Part shown: positions 45,730 through 55,353 of the stretch, piece by piece | Layout of the letters: every line of letters starts with the position of its first letter | Numbering within the stretch: the stretch's first letter is position 1 | Source of the DNA: Candidatus Pacearchaeota archaeon | Lineage (GTDB): Archaea > Nanobdellota > Nanobdellia > Pacearchaeales > GW2011-AR1 | Direction of reading: 5' to 3' | Length of the DNA stretch: 61,985 bases | Assembly: GCA_002688015.1 (NCBI GenBank) | Contig: NZBT01000014.1 | Span: 1 to 61,985, forward strand | Notes under the pieces: generated by a model | The model's database searches: none | The model's input: only the letters and a program-made list of their open reading frames with translations | What the model was told of the DNA's origin: nothing | Made by a program: the position numbers and the translations under genes

Positions 45730-45905
45730 TTTTCTTCCTCATCATTTAGATCTTCTAAAACATTTATGTTTAATTCAACAATTGTTCCTGGCTTAAGACT
45801 TGATTCAAGAATTCTCGGAACAATTATGATATTTTGTGATCCATGCTTAGCTATCTTTTTTGTTATTCTGAATGATCTTTTTGTTTCTTGGTTTTTATTT
45901 TTCAT
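45726..45905 (-). CDS. AbrB/SpoVT-like (swapped-hairpin) small DNA-binding protein, 59 aa
   Basis: Hand translation MKNKNQETKRSFRITKKIAKHGSQNIIIVPRILESSLKPGTIVELNINVLEDLNDEEEK. One residue below the ORF-track cutoff. The KxxKxGxxxxIxVPxxxxxxLxxGxxVEL pattern matches. Confidence 0.5.
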   Translation of the reverse strand: MKNKNQETKRSFRITKKIAKHGSQNIIIVPRILESSLKPGTIVELNINVLEDLNDEEEK

Positions 45906-45982
45906 CTTTATGTATAAAAAATGTATAATCTGAGTATATAAACCTTTGTATATGTTATAACTTCAGAGTGACATAAAGATAG

Positions 45983-46594
45983 TTACTCTTCTTTTCTCAA
46001 AGGAACGAAAGCGAAGCCAGGGAATTCTTCTTCTGTTGTTTTTCCATTTTCTTTTGTGACTTTGAATATACTTGACTTCACTGGAACAACTAGAATTCCT
46101 GGATCTTTGAGTTGTTCAAGGAGATTGTAAGGAATTCTCATATCTTGACAAGATGCTGAGAAGAGAATTCTATCGAAAGGAGCAAAATCAGGCAGACCAG
46201 AAAAACCAGATTTGTTGAAAATACAGATATTTGAGTCTTTCGAAAGAAGAGATTTTGATTTTACAGCTAAGCGTGAATTTATTTCTAATCCGTAAACACT
46301 TCCCGACTTTATTACTTCAGAAAGAAGAGATAAAGCATATCCTGAGCCAGAACCGATTTCTAAGATTTTTTGGTTTTGTTTTGGATCAAGGAGTTTTAAC
46401 ATGAATGCAACTGTATGAGGTTGTGAGATCGTACTTCCTGACTCTATTGGGAGAGCGATATCTTCATATGCATAAGATTTTAAGTGATCTGGAACGAAGT
46501 TTTCTCTAGGAACTTTTTCAAATGCAGAGATTATCTGTTCTGAAAATTCTGAGTTCCTTAAGCTTTCTAGTAAGTTTTGCTTTTCTTTCTCCAT
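45983..46594 (-). CDS. pcm: Protein-L-isoaspartate O-methyltransferase
   Basis: ISQPHTVAFML, ILEIGSGSGYALSLLSE. Start trimmed to MEKEKQNL (ATG 46594), with a minus-strand TATA about 27 nt upstream. Confidence 0.85.
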   Translation of the reverse strand: MEKEKQNLLESLRNSEFSEQIISAFEKVPRENFVPDHLKSYAYEDIALPIESGSTISQPHTVAFMLKLLDPKQNQKILEIGSGSGYALSLLSEVIKSGSVYGLEINSRLAVKSKSLLSKDSNICIFNKSGFSGLPDFAPFDRILFSASCQDMRIPYNLLEQLKDPGILVVPVKSSIFKVTKENGKTTEEEFPGFAFVPLRKEE

Positions 46595-46678
46595 TGAAAT
46601 GTAAAGGAAAAGAAGTATTAATATTTTTGTAAACAGAGTTGCCACAAGTTTTATAAGCTCTTTTTATTTGAGTTGGAA

Positions 46679-47005
46679 ATGGCAGGGAAAAATCTTGTAG
46701 TTGTGGAAGGAGAGAAGGAATTCAATAAATTGATTGGAGAAAGTAATGTTGTTGTTGATTTTCATGCTGATTGGTGCGGCCCTTGTAAAATTCTAAATCC
46801 AATAATAGAGAAAGTTGCTCCTGAGTTTGATGGAACTGTAAAGTTTGCAAAAATAGATGTTGATAAAAATCAAGATCTGGCACAGAGGTTTCAAGTTATG
46901 ACTATTCCTACAGTTATCTTCTTTAAGGAAGGGAAACAGGTTGAAAGATTTTCTGGGGCTTTACTTGAAGATGAATTGAAGAAGAAGATTGATGAGAGCT
47001 TTTGA
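46679..47005 (+). CDS. trxA: Thioredoxin
   Basis: WCGPCK active site. Start moved to ATG 46679 (TTTATAA 46650-46656 centred 26 nt upstream). Confidence 0.9.
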   Translation: MAGKNLVVVEGEKEFNKLIGESNVVVDFHADWCGPCKILNPIIEKVAPEFDGTVKFAKIDVDKNQDLAQRFQVMTIPTVIFFKEGKQVERFSGALLEDELKKKIDESF

Positions 47006-47051
47006 TTTCTAGAATATAAATTCTTATAAACTTGAATTTTCAAAAGAAAGT

Positions 47052-47564
47052 ATGGATAAATTTGTTTCAGAGTTAAAAGATGCTTGTTTATTGAAAGGAG
47101 AATTTACTTTGAGAAATGGAAAGAAATCTGATGTTTATCTTGATATTAGACGGGCTTATGGATATCCTAGAATGTTAAATATGATAGTTGATAAGCTAAA
47201 TGAATTAATTGATCCTCATACAGAAGCTACTTGTGTTGTTGGTTATGGTTTTGGAGGAATGACTTTGGCTAATGTTATGGCCTCAAGACATGGACTAAAT
47301 CTTACAAATATTAGAGATGAACCAAAGACTTATGGAACTCAAAAACAAGTAGAAGGGTATGAACCGCGACCATCGGATAAGATAATCATTCCTGACGATG
47401 TGTTTACTTCAGGAAGTAGTTTAATAAGGGCGACTGAAGTAATAAGGCCTACTGGAGCGAAAATATTGAGATATGGTGTTGTTGTTAATAGAGAAGAGGG
47501 AGATCCAAATGTATTGGATGCTGAATTGGTTTGGTTAATGACTAAGAGTGAAATGGGCCTGTAA
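47052..47564 (+). CDS. pyrE: Orotate phosphoribosyltransferase
   Basis: PRPP-binding IIIPDDVFTSGSS. Size and N-terminal FTLRNGKKSDVYLD are typical. Confidence 0.8.
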   Translation: MDKFVSELKDACLLKGEFTLRNGKKSDVYLDIRRAYGYPRMLNMIVDKLNELIDPHTEATCVVGYGFGGMTLANVMASRHGLNLTNIRDEPKTYGTQKQVEGYEPRPSDKIIIPDDVFTSGSSLIRATEVIRPTGAKILRYGVVVNREEGDPNVLDAELVWLMTKSEMGL

Positions 47565-47612
47565 TTTCTTCTTGGAGAAGCTTTAAAAACTGATTTTTAC
47601 TTTGAAACATGT

Positions 47613-47747
47613 GGCTCCGTAGCTCAGCCTGGTTAGAGCACTGGCCTTTTACAACAGAACAAGTTCCGTTGTCCTTCAAACAAGCAAGGACATTAGAGCT
47701 TATTTGAAGTAAGCCAGGTGTCGAGGGTTCAAATCCCTTCGGGGCCA
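47613..47747 (+). tRNA. tRNA-Lys (anticodon UUU) with a 60-nt intron at the canonical 37/38 position (intron 47652-47711)
   Basis: Hand fold. Acceptor GGCTCCG/CGGGGCC, D arm GCTC/GAGC, anticodon stem CTGGC/GCCAG, loop C-T-TTT-A-[intron]-A. T arm GAGGG-TTCAAAT-CCCTT, discriminator A, no encoded CCA. BHB: central helix CTTT/GAAG flanked by 3-nt bulges TAC and TAA. Confidence 0.85.
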
Positions 47748-47890
47748 TTTTGCTTAATAGCTACTCAAAAGTGGGAATTGGAAAAATTTCAAAGGAAAGA
47801 GAAAGGTTTTTAAACCTACTTTTGCAGATTTTATTATTACCCCATTGTTAGATAAACATTTACATTAATATTTAACTCAAATCCCGAAAT

Positions 47891-48097
47891 ATGCACATTT
47901 TACAGCCAAAACACACAAAACTGAAACCTGATGAGATTCAGATTCTTCTTAAAAAGTACAACATTAGTTTAGGCCAATTACCTAAGATAAAATCTGATGA
48001 TCATGCTGTCCCTGAGAATGCTGTGAAGGGAGATATATTAAAAATTGAGAGAAAGGAGGAAGACAAGGTGATTGTTTATTACCGTGTCGTTGCTTAA
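47891..48097 (+). CDS. rpoH: DNA-directed RNA polymerase subunit H (Rpo5)
   Basis: PKHTKLKPDEIQILLKKYNISLGQLPKIKSDDHAV...GDILKIERK...YYRVV. Confidence 0.85.
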   Translation: MHILQPKHTKLKPDEIQILLKKYNISLGQLPKIKSDDHAVPENAVKGDILKIERKEEDKVIVYYRVVA

Positions 48098-48100
48098 AAA

Positions 48101-51100
48101 ATGAAGAGTAGGAATGATCTTTTAGTTAAAAGGTATCTTAAAGAGCACAGTCCTTTTGAATCTAATATTACTAGTTTTAATAATTTTTTGAACAAAAGAA
48201 TGCAGTTGATTGTGGATGAGATAAATGCTGGTTTAAATAATGAAGAAGTTGAAATAAGATTAGGAAAAGTTAGAGTTGCTGAACCAAATATTATAGAAGC
48301 TGATGGATCCTCAACGGTTATTACACCAAGTATTGCAAGACTTAGAAATTTGACTTACTCTGCTCCTGTCTTTGTTGAACTTTCTGTGAAATATGGAGAG
48401 CAGAGTGATAGTTCAGAAGTTGAGATTGGAAGAATTCCTATTATAGTGAGAAGTGCTGCTTGTTCCACTAATGGAATGAGTAAGGAAGAAATTATAGATA
48501 ATTATATGGATCCATTGGATCATGGAGGATACTTTATTGTTAATGGGAATGAAAGAGTAATCGCTATGTCAGAAGATCTTGCTCCAAATCAACCGTTTAT
48601 TGAGCATGGACGTTTGGGACTTACACTTCGTGTGTTTTCTCAAAGAGGAGCTTACAGAATTCCAACAACTATAAGTGAAACAAATGAAGGGCTTTTGGAT
48701 GTTACATTCTCAAGATTAAAGAATATTCCATCTATAATTTTGCTTAAATCTTTAGGTATGATTAAGGAATCTGAAATTGCTCAGAACATTGGATATGAGA
48801 ATGATTGCTTGATTGTGAACTTGTATGAGTTTGCAAATATTAAAAGTGAAGAAGATGCAATGATATATATTGCAGAAAAATCAGGGATTCAAGGAACAAA
48901 GAAGGAAGTTTTGGATAGAGTTAAGCAGAGGATTGACAGCTTTTTCTTACCTCATATTGGTACTGAGAAGCAAAGTAGAGGTGAAAAAGCTATGACTCTT
49001 TGTAGATTGATAAGGCTTTATCTAAGATCAAAAGATGATGACACTATAAGAACAGATAAAGATCATTATGCTAATAAGAGAATTAAGCTTTCTGGAGACT
49101 TAATGTCTGATTTGTTTAGAGTTAATATGGGAATTTTGATTAGAGATATACAATATAGTTTGCAAAAAATTTCTAAGAGAAAGAAATTTTATTCTTTGAA
49201 AACAATTGCAAAGAGTACCTTATTTACACATAGAGTTGAAAGTGCGATTGCTACTGGATCTTGGATTGGGGAGAGGTCAGGAGTAACTCAAAATATGGAT
49301 AAAACAAATTATCTTGCTGTTCTAAGTCAGTTGCAGAAAATTACTAGTTCTTTGCCTGGAGAACAAGAAAATTTTGCAGCGAGGACATTACATCCAACTC
49401 ATTATGGAAGATTTTGCCCTATTGAAACTCCTGAAGGAACTGAAATTGGATTAAGAAAGAATCTTTCTATTTTAGCAAAAATTTCTACTGCTGTTGAAGA
49501 TAATGATAAATCAATTGTTAAGAAATTTGAATCTCTGGGATTGATGAAAGAAAGGCCTGAAGGGGGAGGGACAGATGTTTTCTTCAATGGAAATTTTATT
49601 GGGTTTGTTTCTAATTCAGATGAGTTTACAGATAAAGTAAGAAAAGCTAGAAGAAAATCTGAATTTCCTGAGGTAATGAGTGTTAGATTTGATTCCTTGT
49701 TAGAGCAGGTAACAATGTCTATAGAAGTTGGAAGAGTTCTTAGACCATTAATTGTTGTTGAAGGTGGGGCGAGTAAACTTAAAGATGAGCATCTTGTTTT
49801 ACTTGAAGAAGGAAAGATAACATGGCAAGAGTTAATCAAAGAAGGAGTTATAGAATATGTTGATGCTGCAGAAGAAGAAAATGTTTATGTTTCTATTAGA
49901 CCTGAAGAGCTAAATAATGAGCATACCCATGTAGAAGTTCATCCAATTGATTTGTTTGGAGTTGTGACAAGTCTTGTGCCTTTTGCAAATCACGATCAGG
50001 GATCTAGATTACTAAGAGGAAGTAAGACTAATAAACAGAGTATTGGAATTTATGCTGCCAATTATCTTGTTAGATTAGATACAAATGTTTCTATTTTACA
50101 TTATCCTCAGAAGCCTTTGGTAAGAACATTTGTTTATGATACTTTGGATGTTTATCCATCTGGACAGAATATTATTGTTGCAGTTATGCCTTTTGAAGGA
50201 TACAATATGGAAGACGCTGTAGTTCTAAACAAAGCAAGTATAGACAGAGGAATGGGAAGAAGTACATATTTTAGACCATATAGTGCAACGGAATTACAGT
50301 ATGCTGGAGGATTAACAGATGAAATTACTATTCCAGATAAAGATGTTTCTGGATATAGAACTGAAGAAAGCTATAGACATTTAGAAGATGATGGGGTTGC
50401 ATTCCCAGAGGCAGAGATTGTATCTGGAGAGGTTTTAATTGGAAAGACTACCCCTCCTAAGTTTTTAAGTGAAGCAAGAGATTTAAGTATTCAAGCTAAG
50501 AAAGAAGCGAGTTCTTCTATGAGGCAAGCAGAAAAAGGAATTGTTGATGGTGTCTTTGTAACAATTGATGGTGAAGGAAATAGAGTTGTTCAAGTTAGAA
50601 CAAGAGATACTAGGTTCCCAGAACCTGGAGATAAGTTTTCAGCTCCTCACGGTCAGAAAGGAGTTGTTGGATTAATTGCTGATGATAAGGATATACCATT
50701 TACAGGAAAGGGAATTAAACCTGATTTGCTTTTCAATCCACACGGAATCCCTAGCAGAATGACTGTTGGATATATGATTGAACTGCTTTCTGGAAAAGCT
50801 GCTGCAACTTCTGGAAAGGTTCTTGATGGAACTGCTTTTACTGGAAATACTGTAAATGAGATTGAAGATGTTTTGGAAGAAATGGGATTCAGTTATGATG
50901 GAAAAGAGACTATGTTTGATGGAGTTACAGGAAGGAAGATGAATGCTAAAATTTACATTGGAAATATGTACTATCTTAAATTGAATAGAATGGTCAAGAA
51001 TTTGATACACGCAAGAGCTTCTGGTAAAGTTGCATTATTGACAAGACAACCAATTGAAGGGCGTGCTCGTGGAGGAGGATTGAGACTGGGAGAAATGGAG

Positions 51101-51361
51101 CAGCAAGCACTTGTAGGACACGGAGCTTCTATGTTGCTGAAGGAAAGGTATGGAAGCGATAAGACGGTTATGTATATTTCTAAAGATAGTGGAGCTGTTG
51201 CATTTGAAGATGTTATTAGAAATAAAATTGTTTGTCCATTAGATGATTCCTTAGATTCCGAACCTGTGGAGGTTTCATATGCTTTCAAGTTGCTTGTAGA
51301 TGAGTTGCTTGGGCTTGGAATAAACACCACATTTGAACTAAAAGATAAATATGAGAGATAA
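48101..51361 (+). CDS. rpoB: DNA-directed RNA polymerase subunit B (unsplit)
   Basis: 1086 aa. GDKFSAPHGQKGVVG, GGLRLGEMEQQAL and other Rpo2 blocks. Confidence 0.95.
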   Translation: MKSRNDLLVKRYLKEHSPFESNITSFNNFLNKRMQLIVDEINAGLNNEEVEIRLGKVRVAEPNIIEADGSSTVITPSIARLRNLTYSAPVFVELSVKYGEQSDSSEVEIGRIPIIVRSAACSTNGMSKEEIIDNYMDPLDHGGYFIVNGNERVIAMSEDLAPNQPFIEHGRLGLTLRVFSQRGAYRIPTTISETNEGLLDVTFSRLKNIPSIILLKSLGMIKESEIAQNIGYENDCLIVNLYEFANIKSEEDAMIYIAEKSGIQGTKKEVLDRVKQRIDSFFLPHIGTEKQSRGEKAMTLCRLIRLYLRSKDDDTIRTDKDHYANKRIKLSGDLMSDLFRVNMGILIRDIQYSLQKISKRKKFYSLKTIAKSTLFTHRVESAIATGSWIGERSGVTQNMDKTNYLAVLSQLQKITSSLPGEQENFAARTLHPTHYGRFCPIETPEGTEIGLRKNLSILAKISTAVEDNDKSIVKKFESLGLMKERPEGGGTDVFFNGNFIGFVSNSDEFTDKVRKARRKSEFPEVMSVRFDSLLEQVTMSIEVGRVLRPLIVVEGGASKLKDEHLVLLEEGKITWQELIKEGVIEYVDAAEEENVYVSIRPEELNNEHTHVEVHPIDLFGVVTSLVPFANHDQGSRLLRGSKTNKQSIGIYAANYLVRLDTNVSILHYPQKPLVRTFVYDTLDVYPSGQNIIVAVMPFEGYNMEDAVVLNKASIDRGMGRSTYFRPYSATELQYAGGLTDEITIPDKDVSGYRTEESYRHLEDDGVAFPEAEIVSGEVLIGKTTPPKFLSEARDLSIQAKKEASSSMRQAEKGIVDGVFVTIDGEGNRVVQVRTRDTRFPEPGDKFSAPHGQKGVVGLIADDKDIPFTGKGIKPDLLFNPHGIPSRMTVGYMIELLSGKAAATSGKVLDGTAFTGNTVNEIEDVLEEMGFSYDGKETMFDGVTGRKMNAKIYIGNMYYLKLNRMVKNLIHARASGKVALLTRQPIEGRARGGGLRLGEMEQQALVGHGASMLLKERYGSDKTVMYISKDSGAVAFEDVIRNKIVCPLDDSLDSEPVEVSYAFKLLVDELLGLGINTTFELKDKYER

Positions 51362-51364
51362 AAA

Positions 51365-54300
51365 ATGAATCCAGAATTTTTCAGGAAAAGAGTAAAGGCC
51401 TTGAAATTCACCTTACTTAGTCCGGACCAGATTAAGAAACTTAGTTCAGCGAAAATTGTAACACCTGAACTGTATGACATTGATGGATTCCCTGTAGATG
51501 GGGGATTGATGGATTTGCGTTTGGGAGCAATTGATCCTGGAGTTAGATGTAGAACTTGTGGAAAGAGAGTTAAAGAATGCCCTGGACATCCAGGAAGTAT
51601 TGAACTTGCAAGGCCTGTTTATCATATTAAGTATATTCCTCTTGTTGAGCTTTCTCTTAGAAGTTTTTGTCCTGACTGTGGAAAATTAACTTTGAGCGAT
51701 GAAAAAGCAGGAGGATTGACTGTTTCTGTAAGAGCAAAGAAAGCAAGAGATGCAAAGAAATGTCCTCATTGTCAAATAACTATTGAGAAAGTTAAATTAG
51801 AAAAACCAAGTACATTTAATGTTGGAAAGAGAAAATTAAGTCCTATTGAAGTTAGAGAAAGACTTGTTAATATCCCTGATGAAGAGTTTAAGAAAATAGG
51901 GGTTAATCCTAAGACTGCAAGGCCTGAGTGGGCTATTATTTCTCTTTTGTTGGTTCCTAGTGTTACTGTGCGTCCAAGTATTACATTAGATACTGGAGAG
52001 AGAAGTGAAGATGATTTAACACATAAATTAAGTGATATTATTAGAGCTAATCAGAGGCTTTGGGAAAATTTGAATGCTGGAGCTCCTGAAGTTATTATTG
52101 AAGATCTTTGGGATTTATTGCAGTATCATGTTACAACATTTTTTGATAATAATATTTCAAGAATTCCTCCTGCAAGACATAGATCTGGACAGCCATTGAA
52201 AACAATAACAGAAAGAATAAAAGGAAAAGAAGGAAGAATAAGGAATAATTTGGCTGGAAAAAGAGTAAATTACTCAGCAAGAACTGTTGTATCTCCAGAT
52301 CCTTATTTGAAAATTAATGAACTTGGTGTTCCGTTAGAAATTGCAAAGATTATTACTGTTTCTGAATCGATAACTTCAGTAAATATAGAATCAATGAAAG
52401 AACTTGTAAACAAGGGCTGTGAATATCCTGGAGCAAATTATATTGTTAGGTCTGATGGGAAGAGAAAAAGAATTACTCCTGACTTAAAAGAAGAAGTTAT
52501 GAATGAACTAATCCCAGGATATAAAGTTGAAAGACATTTGAAAGATGGAGATATTATTTTGCTTAATAGACACCCAACTTTGCATAAACAAGGATTGATG
52601 GCGCATTATGTTAAAGTTTTAGATGGGAGAACATTTAGATTGCATCCTGCCGCGGCTCCGCCTTATAACGCTGACTTTGATGGAGACGAAATGAATCTTC
52701 ACTCTCCACAAAATGAAGAAGCAGTAACTGAAGCAAAGATTCTACTTGATATTAATAATAACATTATTTCTAGTAAGAATAATATGAATATGGTTGGAAC
52801 AATTGCTGATGCTGTTACTGGAAATTATCTTATTGGACAGGAAGTTTTTGATAGAGCAGAAGCAAATCAAATTCTGTATTCAGCAGGAATTATTAATTCT
52901 GTAAAGAAAAAAGAAATTGATGGAAAAGAATTATTCTCTCAAGTAATACCTAAAGGGAGCAGCATTAAAATTCCAAATTTGATAACTGGAGACAATAGTT
53001 TTGGAGCAGAAGATGGAAAAATGGTGAAAGTTATTGATAAAGAGTTTGGAAGACAAAGATGTATTGAATCTATTAACCAGGCATTTAGATTAGGAACGAG
53101 TTATTTGACAAGAAGAGGATATACTCTTTCATTAAGTGACTTGAAAGTTTCCGACAAAGTTATAGAGCTCACTAGGAAAGTTATAGAAGACTCTGAAAAG
53201 AAAACACAAAAAATTATTGAAGATGCAGAGAAAGGACAGTTAGAATCTATTCCGGGACAGAGTTTAGATGAGACAAGAGAAACTAAAATAATGCAAGTGT
53301 TAAATGAAGTTAGAACTGAAGTTGGAGATCTTGTTAAACAACATTTCCCTGCTGATGGAAATGTAAATATGATGATTACCCCTAAAGCTGCGGGAAGCAT
53401 GTTGAACGTCACCCAAATAGGTTGTGTTATTGGACAGCAAAGTTTATGGAATAGGAGAATTGATTTTGGATTTAATGATAGAACCTTGAGCTTTTTCAAG
53501 AAACATGAGTTAACTCCTGAAGCAAGAGGATTTATTAGTTCTAGTTTTTACAAAGGGATGAATCCAAAAGAATTTTTCTTTAATTCTATTACTGGAAGAG
53601 ATGCTTTAATGGATACTGCTTTGAGAACGCCTAAGTCAGGATACTTGTATAGAAGACTAGTTTCTGCATTACAGGACTTGAAAGTTGAATATGATGGAAC
53701 TGTAAGAGATGCTTCTGAGAATATTGTTGAATTCATGTATGGTGAAGATGGAAAGGATATTTCTAAATTGCATTTATCCGATGATAAAATTTCTCCTGGT
53801 GAGGCTGCAGGAGTTGTTACTGCTCAAAGTTTTGGGGAAGCAAGTACTCAGATGGTTTTGAGAACATTCCATCACGCAGGAGTTGCGCAAATGCAGGTTA
53901 CATCTGGATTGCCAAGACTTATTGAAATATTTGATGCAAGAAAGACTCCAAGTACTCCAAGTATGGAAATTTATCTTTTGAAAGAAATTAATAACGAGAA
54001 GGATTCAAGAGTTCTTGCTGAGAAGATAAAAGAAGTTAAGCTAAGAGAAGTGTCTGATGAAGTTAAGATAGACTTTTCTAATAAGAAGATTATTATAGAG
54101 TTAGACTCAAAAGCACTTAGAAGTACTCATGTTGGCACTGAAAAAATTGTTACAAGATTGAAAGATAAAGGATTTGAGGTTAAAGGTTCTGACTTAAGAA
54201 TTTACTTGGATGCTAAAGATCTTGACTTTAAAGCAATCTATAAACTTAAAGAGAAGATAAAGGAAACCATTATTTCGGGACTTAAGGGTATAAGTCAAGT

Positions 54301-54805
54301 TGTTGTTGCTAAGATTGATAAAGATTATGTTGTTAGAACTGCGGGAAGTAACTTAAAAGATATATTAGAATTCAAGGGTGTTGATAAAGATAAAGTAACA
54401 AGTAACGATATTCATGACGTTGCGAATGTTCTAGGAATTGAAGCAGCAAGAAGAACAATAATTGATGAAATTGAGAAAGTTCTTGAGTCTCAAGGATTAG
54501 ATATCGATAGAAGACATTTAAGACTGGTTGCTGATGCGATGACTTCATCAGGAGTTGTTAAGGGTGTTACAAGAATGGGAATCATTTCTGAGAAGGCAAG
54601 CGTTTTGGCGAGGGCAACGTTCGAAACGCCAGACAAGCAGTTTATTAATTCTACAATACAGGGCGGGAAAGATGAATTGAATTCTGTAATTGAAAATATT
54701 CTATTGAATCAAGCTGTTCCTGTTGGAACTGGCCTGCCAGGACTGTTAGTTGAAGTTAAAGGTTCAATGGGTGCTGATAAGGCCAAGGCTTTGAAGAAGA
54801 AATAA
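51365..54805 (+). CDS. rpoA: DNA-directed RNA polymerase subunit A, with A' and A'' regions in one continuous ORF
   Basis: Zn CRTCGKRVKECPGHPGSIEL. Active site NADFDGDEMNLH. Bridge helix GRDALMDTALRTPKSGYLYRRL. A''-type trigger-loop AQSFGEASTQMVLRTFHHAG and C-terminal LARATFETP...VPVGTG, with no intervening stop. Confidence 0.9.
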   Translation: MNPEFFRKRVKALKFTLLSPDQIKKLSSAKIVTPELYDIDGFPVDGGLMDLRLGAIDPGVRCRTCGKRVKECPGHPGSIELARPVYHIKYIPLVELSLRSFCPDCGKLTLSDEKAGGLTVSVRAKKARDAKKCPHCQITIEKVKLEKPSTFNVGKRKLSPIEVRERLVNIPDEEFKKIGVNPKTARPEWAIISLLLVPSVTVRPSITLDTGERSEDDLTHKLSDIIRANQRLWENLNAGAPEVIIEDLWDLLQYHVTTFFDNNISRIPPARHRSGQPLKTITERIKGKEGRIRNNLAGKRVNYSARTVVSPDPYLKINELGVPLEIAKIITVSESITSVNIESMKELVNKGCEYPGANYIVRSDGKRKRITPDLKEEVMNELIPGYKVERHLKDGDIILLNRHPTLHKQGLMAHYVKVLDGRTFRLHPAAAPPYNADFDGDEMNLHSPQNEEAVTEAKILLDINNNIISSKNNMNMVGTIADAVTGNYLIGQEVFDRAEANQILYSAGIINSVKKKEIDGKELFSQVIPKGSSIKIPNLITGDNSFGAEDGKMVKVIDKEFGRQRCIESINQAFRLGTSYLTRRGYTLSLSDLKVSDKVIELTRKVIEDSEKKTQKIIEDAEKGQLESIPGQSLDETRETKIMQVLNEVRTEVGDLVKQHFPADGNVNMMITPKAAGSMLNVTQIGCVIGQQSLWNRRIDFGFNDRTLSFFKKHELTPEARGFISSSFYKGMNPKEFFFNSITGRDALMDTALRTPKSGYLYRRLVSALQDLKVEYDGTVRDASENIVEFMYGEDGKDISKLHLSDDKISPGEAAGVVTAQSFGEASTQMVLRTFHHAGVAQMQVTSGLPRLIEIFDARKTPSTPSMEIYLLKEINNEKDSRVLAEKIKEVKLREVSDEVKIDFSNKKIIIELDSKALRSTHVGTEKIVTRLKDKGFEVKGSDLRIYLDAKDLDFKAIYKLKEKIKETIISGLKGISQVVVAKIDKDYVVRTAGSNLKDILEFKGVDKDKVTSNDIHDVANVLGIEAARRTIIDEIEKVLESQGLDIDRRHLRLVADAMTSSGVVKGVTRMGIISEKASVLARATFETPDKQFINSTIQGGKDELNSVIENILLNQAVPVGTGLPGLLVEVKGSMGADKAKALKKK

Positions 54806-54882
54806 TTTTAACTTTTAAAACAAAACAAAGTTTTATAAACTACATTGCTGAGACAATTTTACAAAAGAGTTCAATCATTCTA

Positions 54883-55299
54883 ATGGCAATAATAAACATG
54901 CAGACAATGAGGTACATCAATTTATTAGACAAGGCTTCTCATGTGAAGACAAGTAAGTGTTTTGTTTATAATAATACAATTATCTTTGCTGTTCCTAAGG
55001 ATAAGGTTTCAAAGGCCATTGGACCTAGTGCAGTTAATATTAAGAAGTTGCAGGAAAAACTTGGGAAAAAAGTCAGAATAATAAGCCAAGTAAATGATAA
55101 ATATGATGCTGGAAGATTTATTGGAGATGTTGTTTCTCCTGTTAGATTCAAAAGTGTTGAAGTTTCTGATGGAATGGTAATAATTACTGCTGGAAGTAAT
55201 CAAAGTAAAGCTAGTTTAATAGGAAGAAATAAAAGAAGGCTTATAGAGCTTAGTAAAATTATTAAGGATACATTCAGTATTGAAGTAAAGGTTGTATGA
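54883..55299 (+). CDS. nusA: Archaeal NusA-like protein (two KH domains)
   Basis: About 140 aa. AVPKDKVSKAIGPSAVNIKKLQEKLGKKVRII and LIGRNKRRLIELSKII. Position between rpoA and S12. Confidence 0.8.
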   Translation: MAIINMQTMRYINLLDKASHVKTSKCFVYNNTIIFAVPKDKVSKAIGPSAVNIKKLQEKLGKKVRIISQVNDKYDAGRFIGDVVSPVRFKSVEVSDGMVIITAGSNQSKASLIGRNKRRLIELSKIIKDTFSIEVKVV

Positions 55300-55353
55300 T
55301 TCTTATTTGAATAAAACAAACATTTTATAAATTCCATTTTATGGGTTTTTCTT

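Noticed and set aside
47542-47748. 68-aa ORF on the minus strand.
   Set aside because: It lies exactly antisense to the tRNA-Lys gene and its intron. It is explained by the RNA gene.
49402-51480. Long antisense ORFs inside rpoB/rpoA (49402..49839, 50672..51010, 50971..51480). Similar ones lie inside nrdJ (44023..44421, 44495..44935), ppsA, EF-2 and the TIM-barrel gene (16704..16970, 17237..17596).
   Set aside because: They sit opposite strongly supported conserved genes. Their compositions are Ser/Leu/Phe/Ile-rich, as is typical of shadow frames, and they lack promoter geometry.
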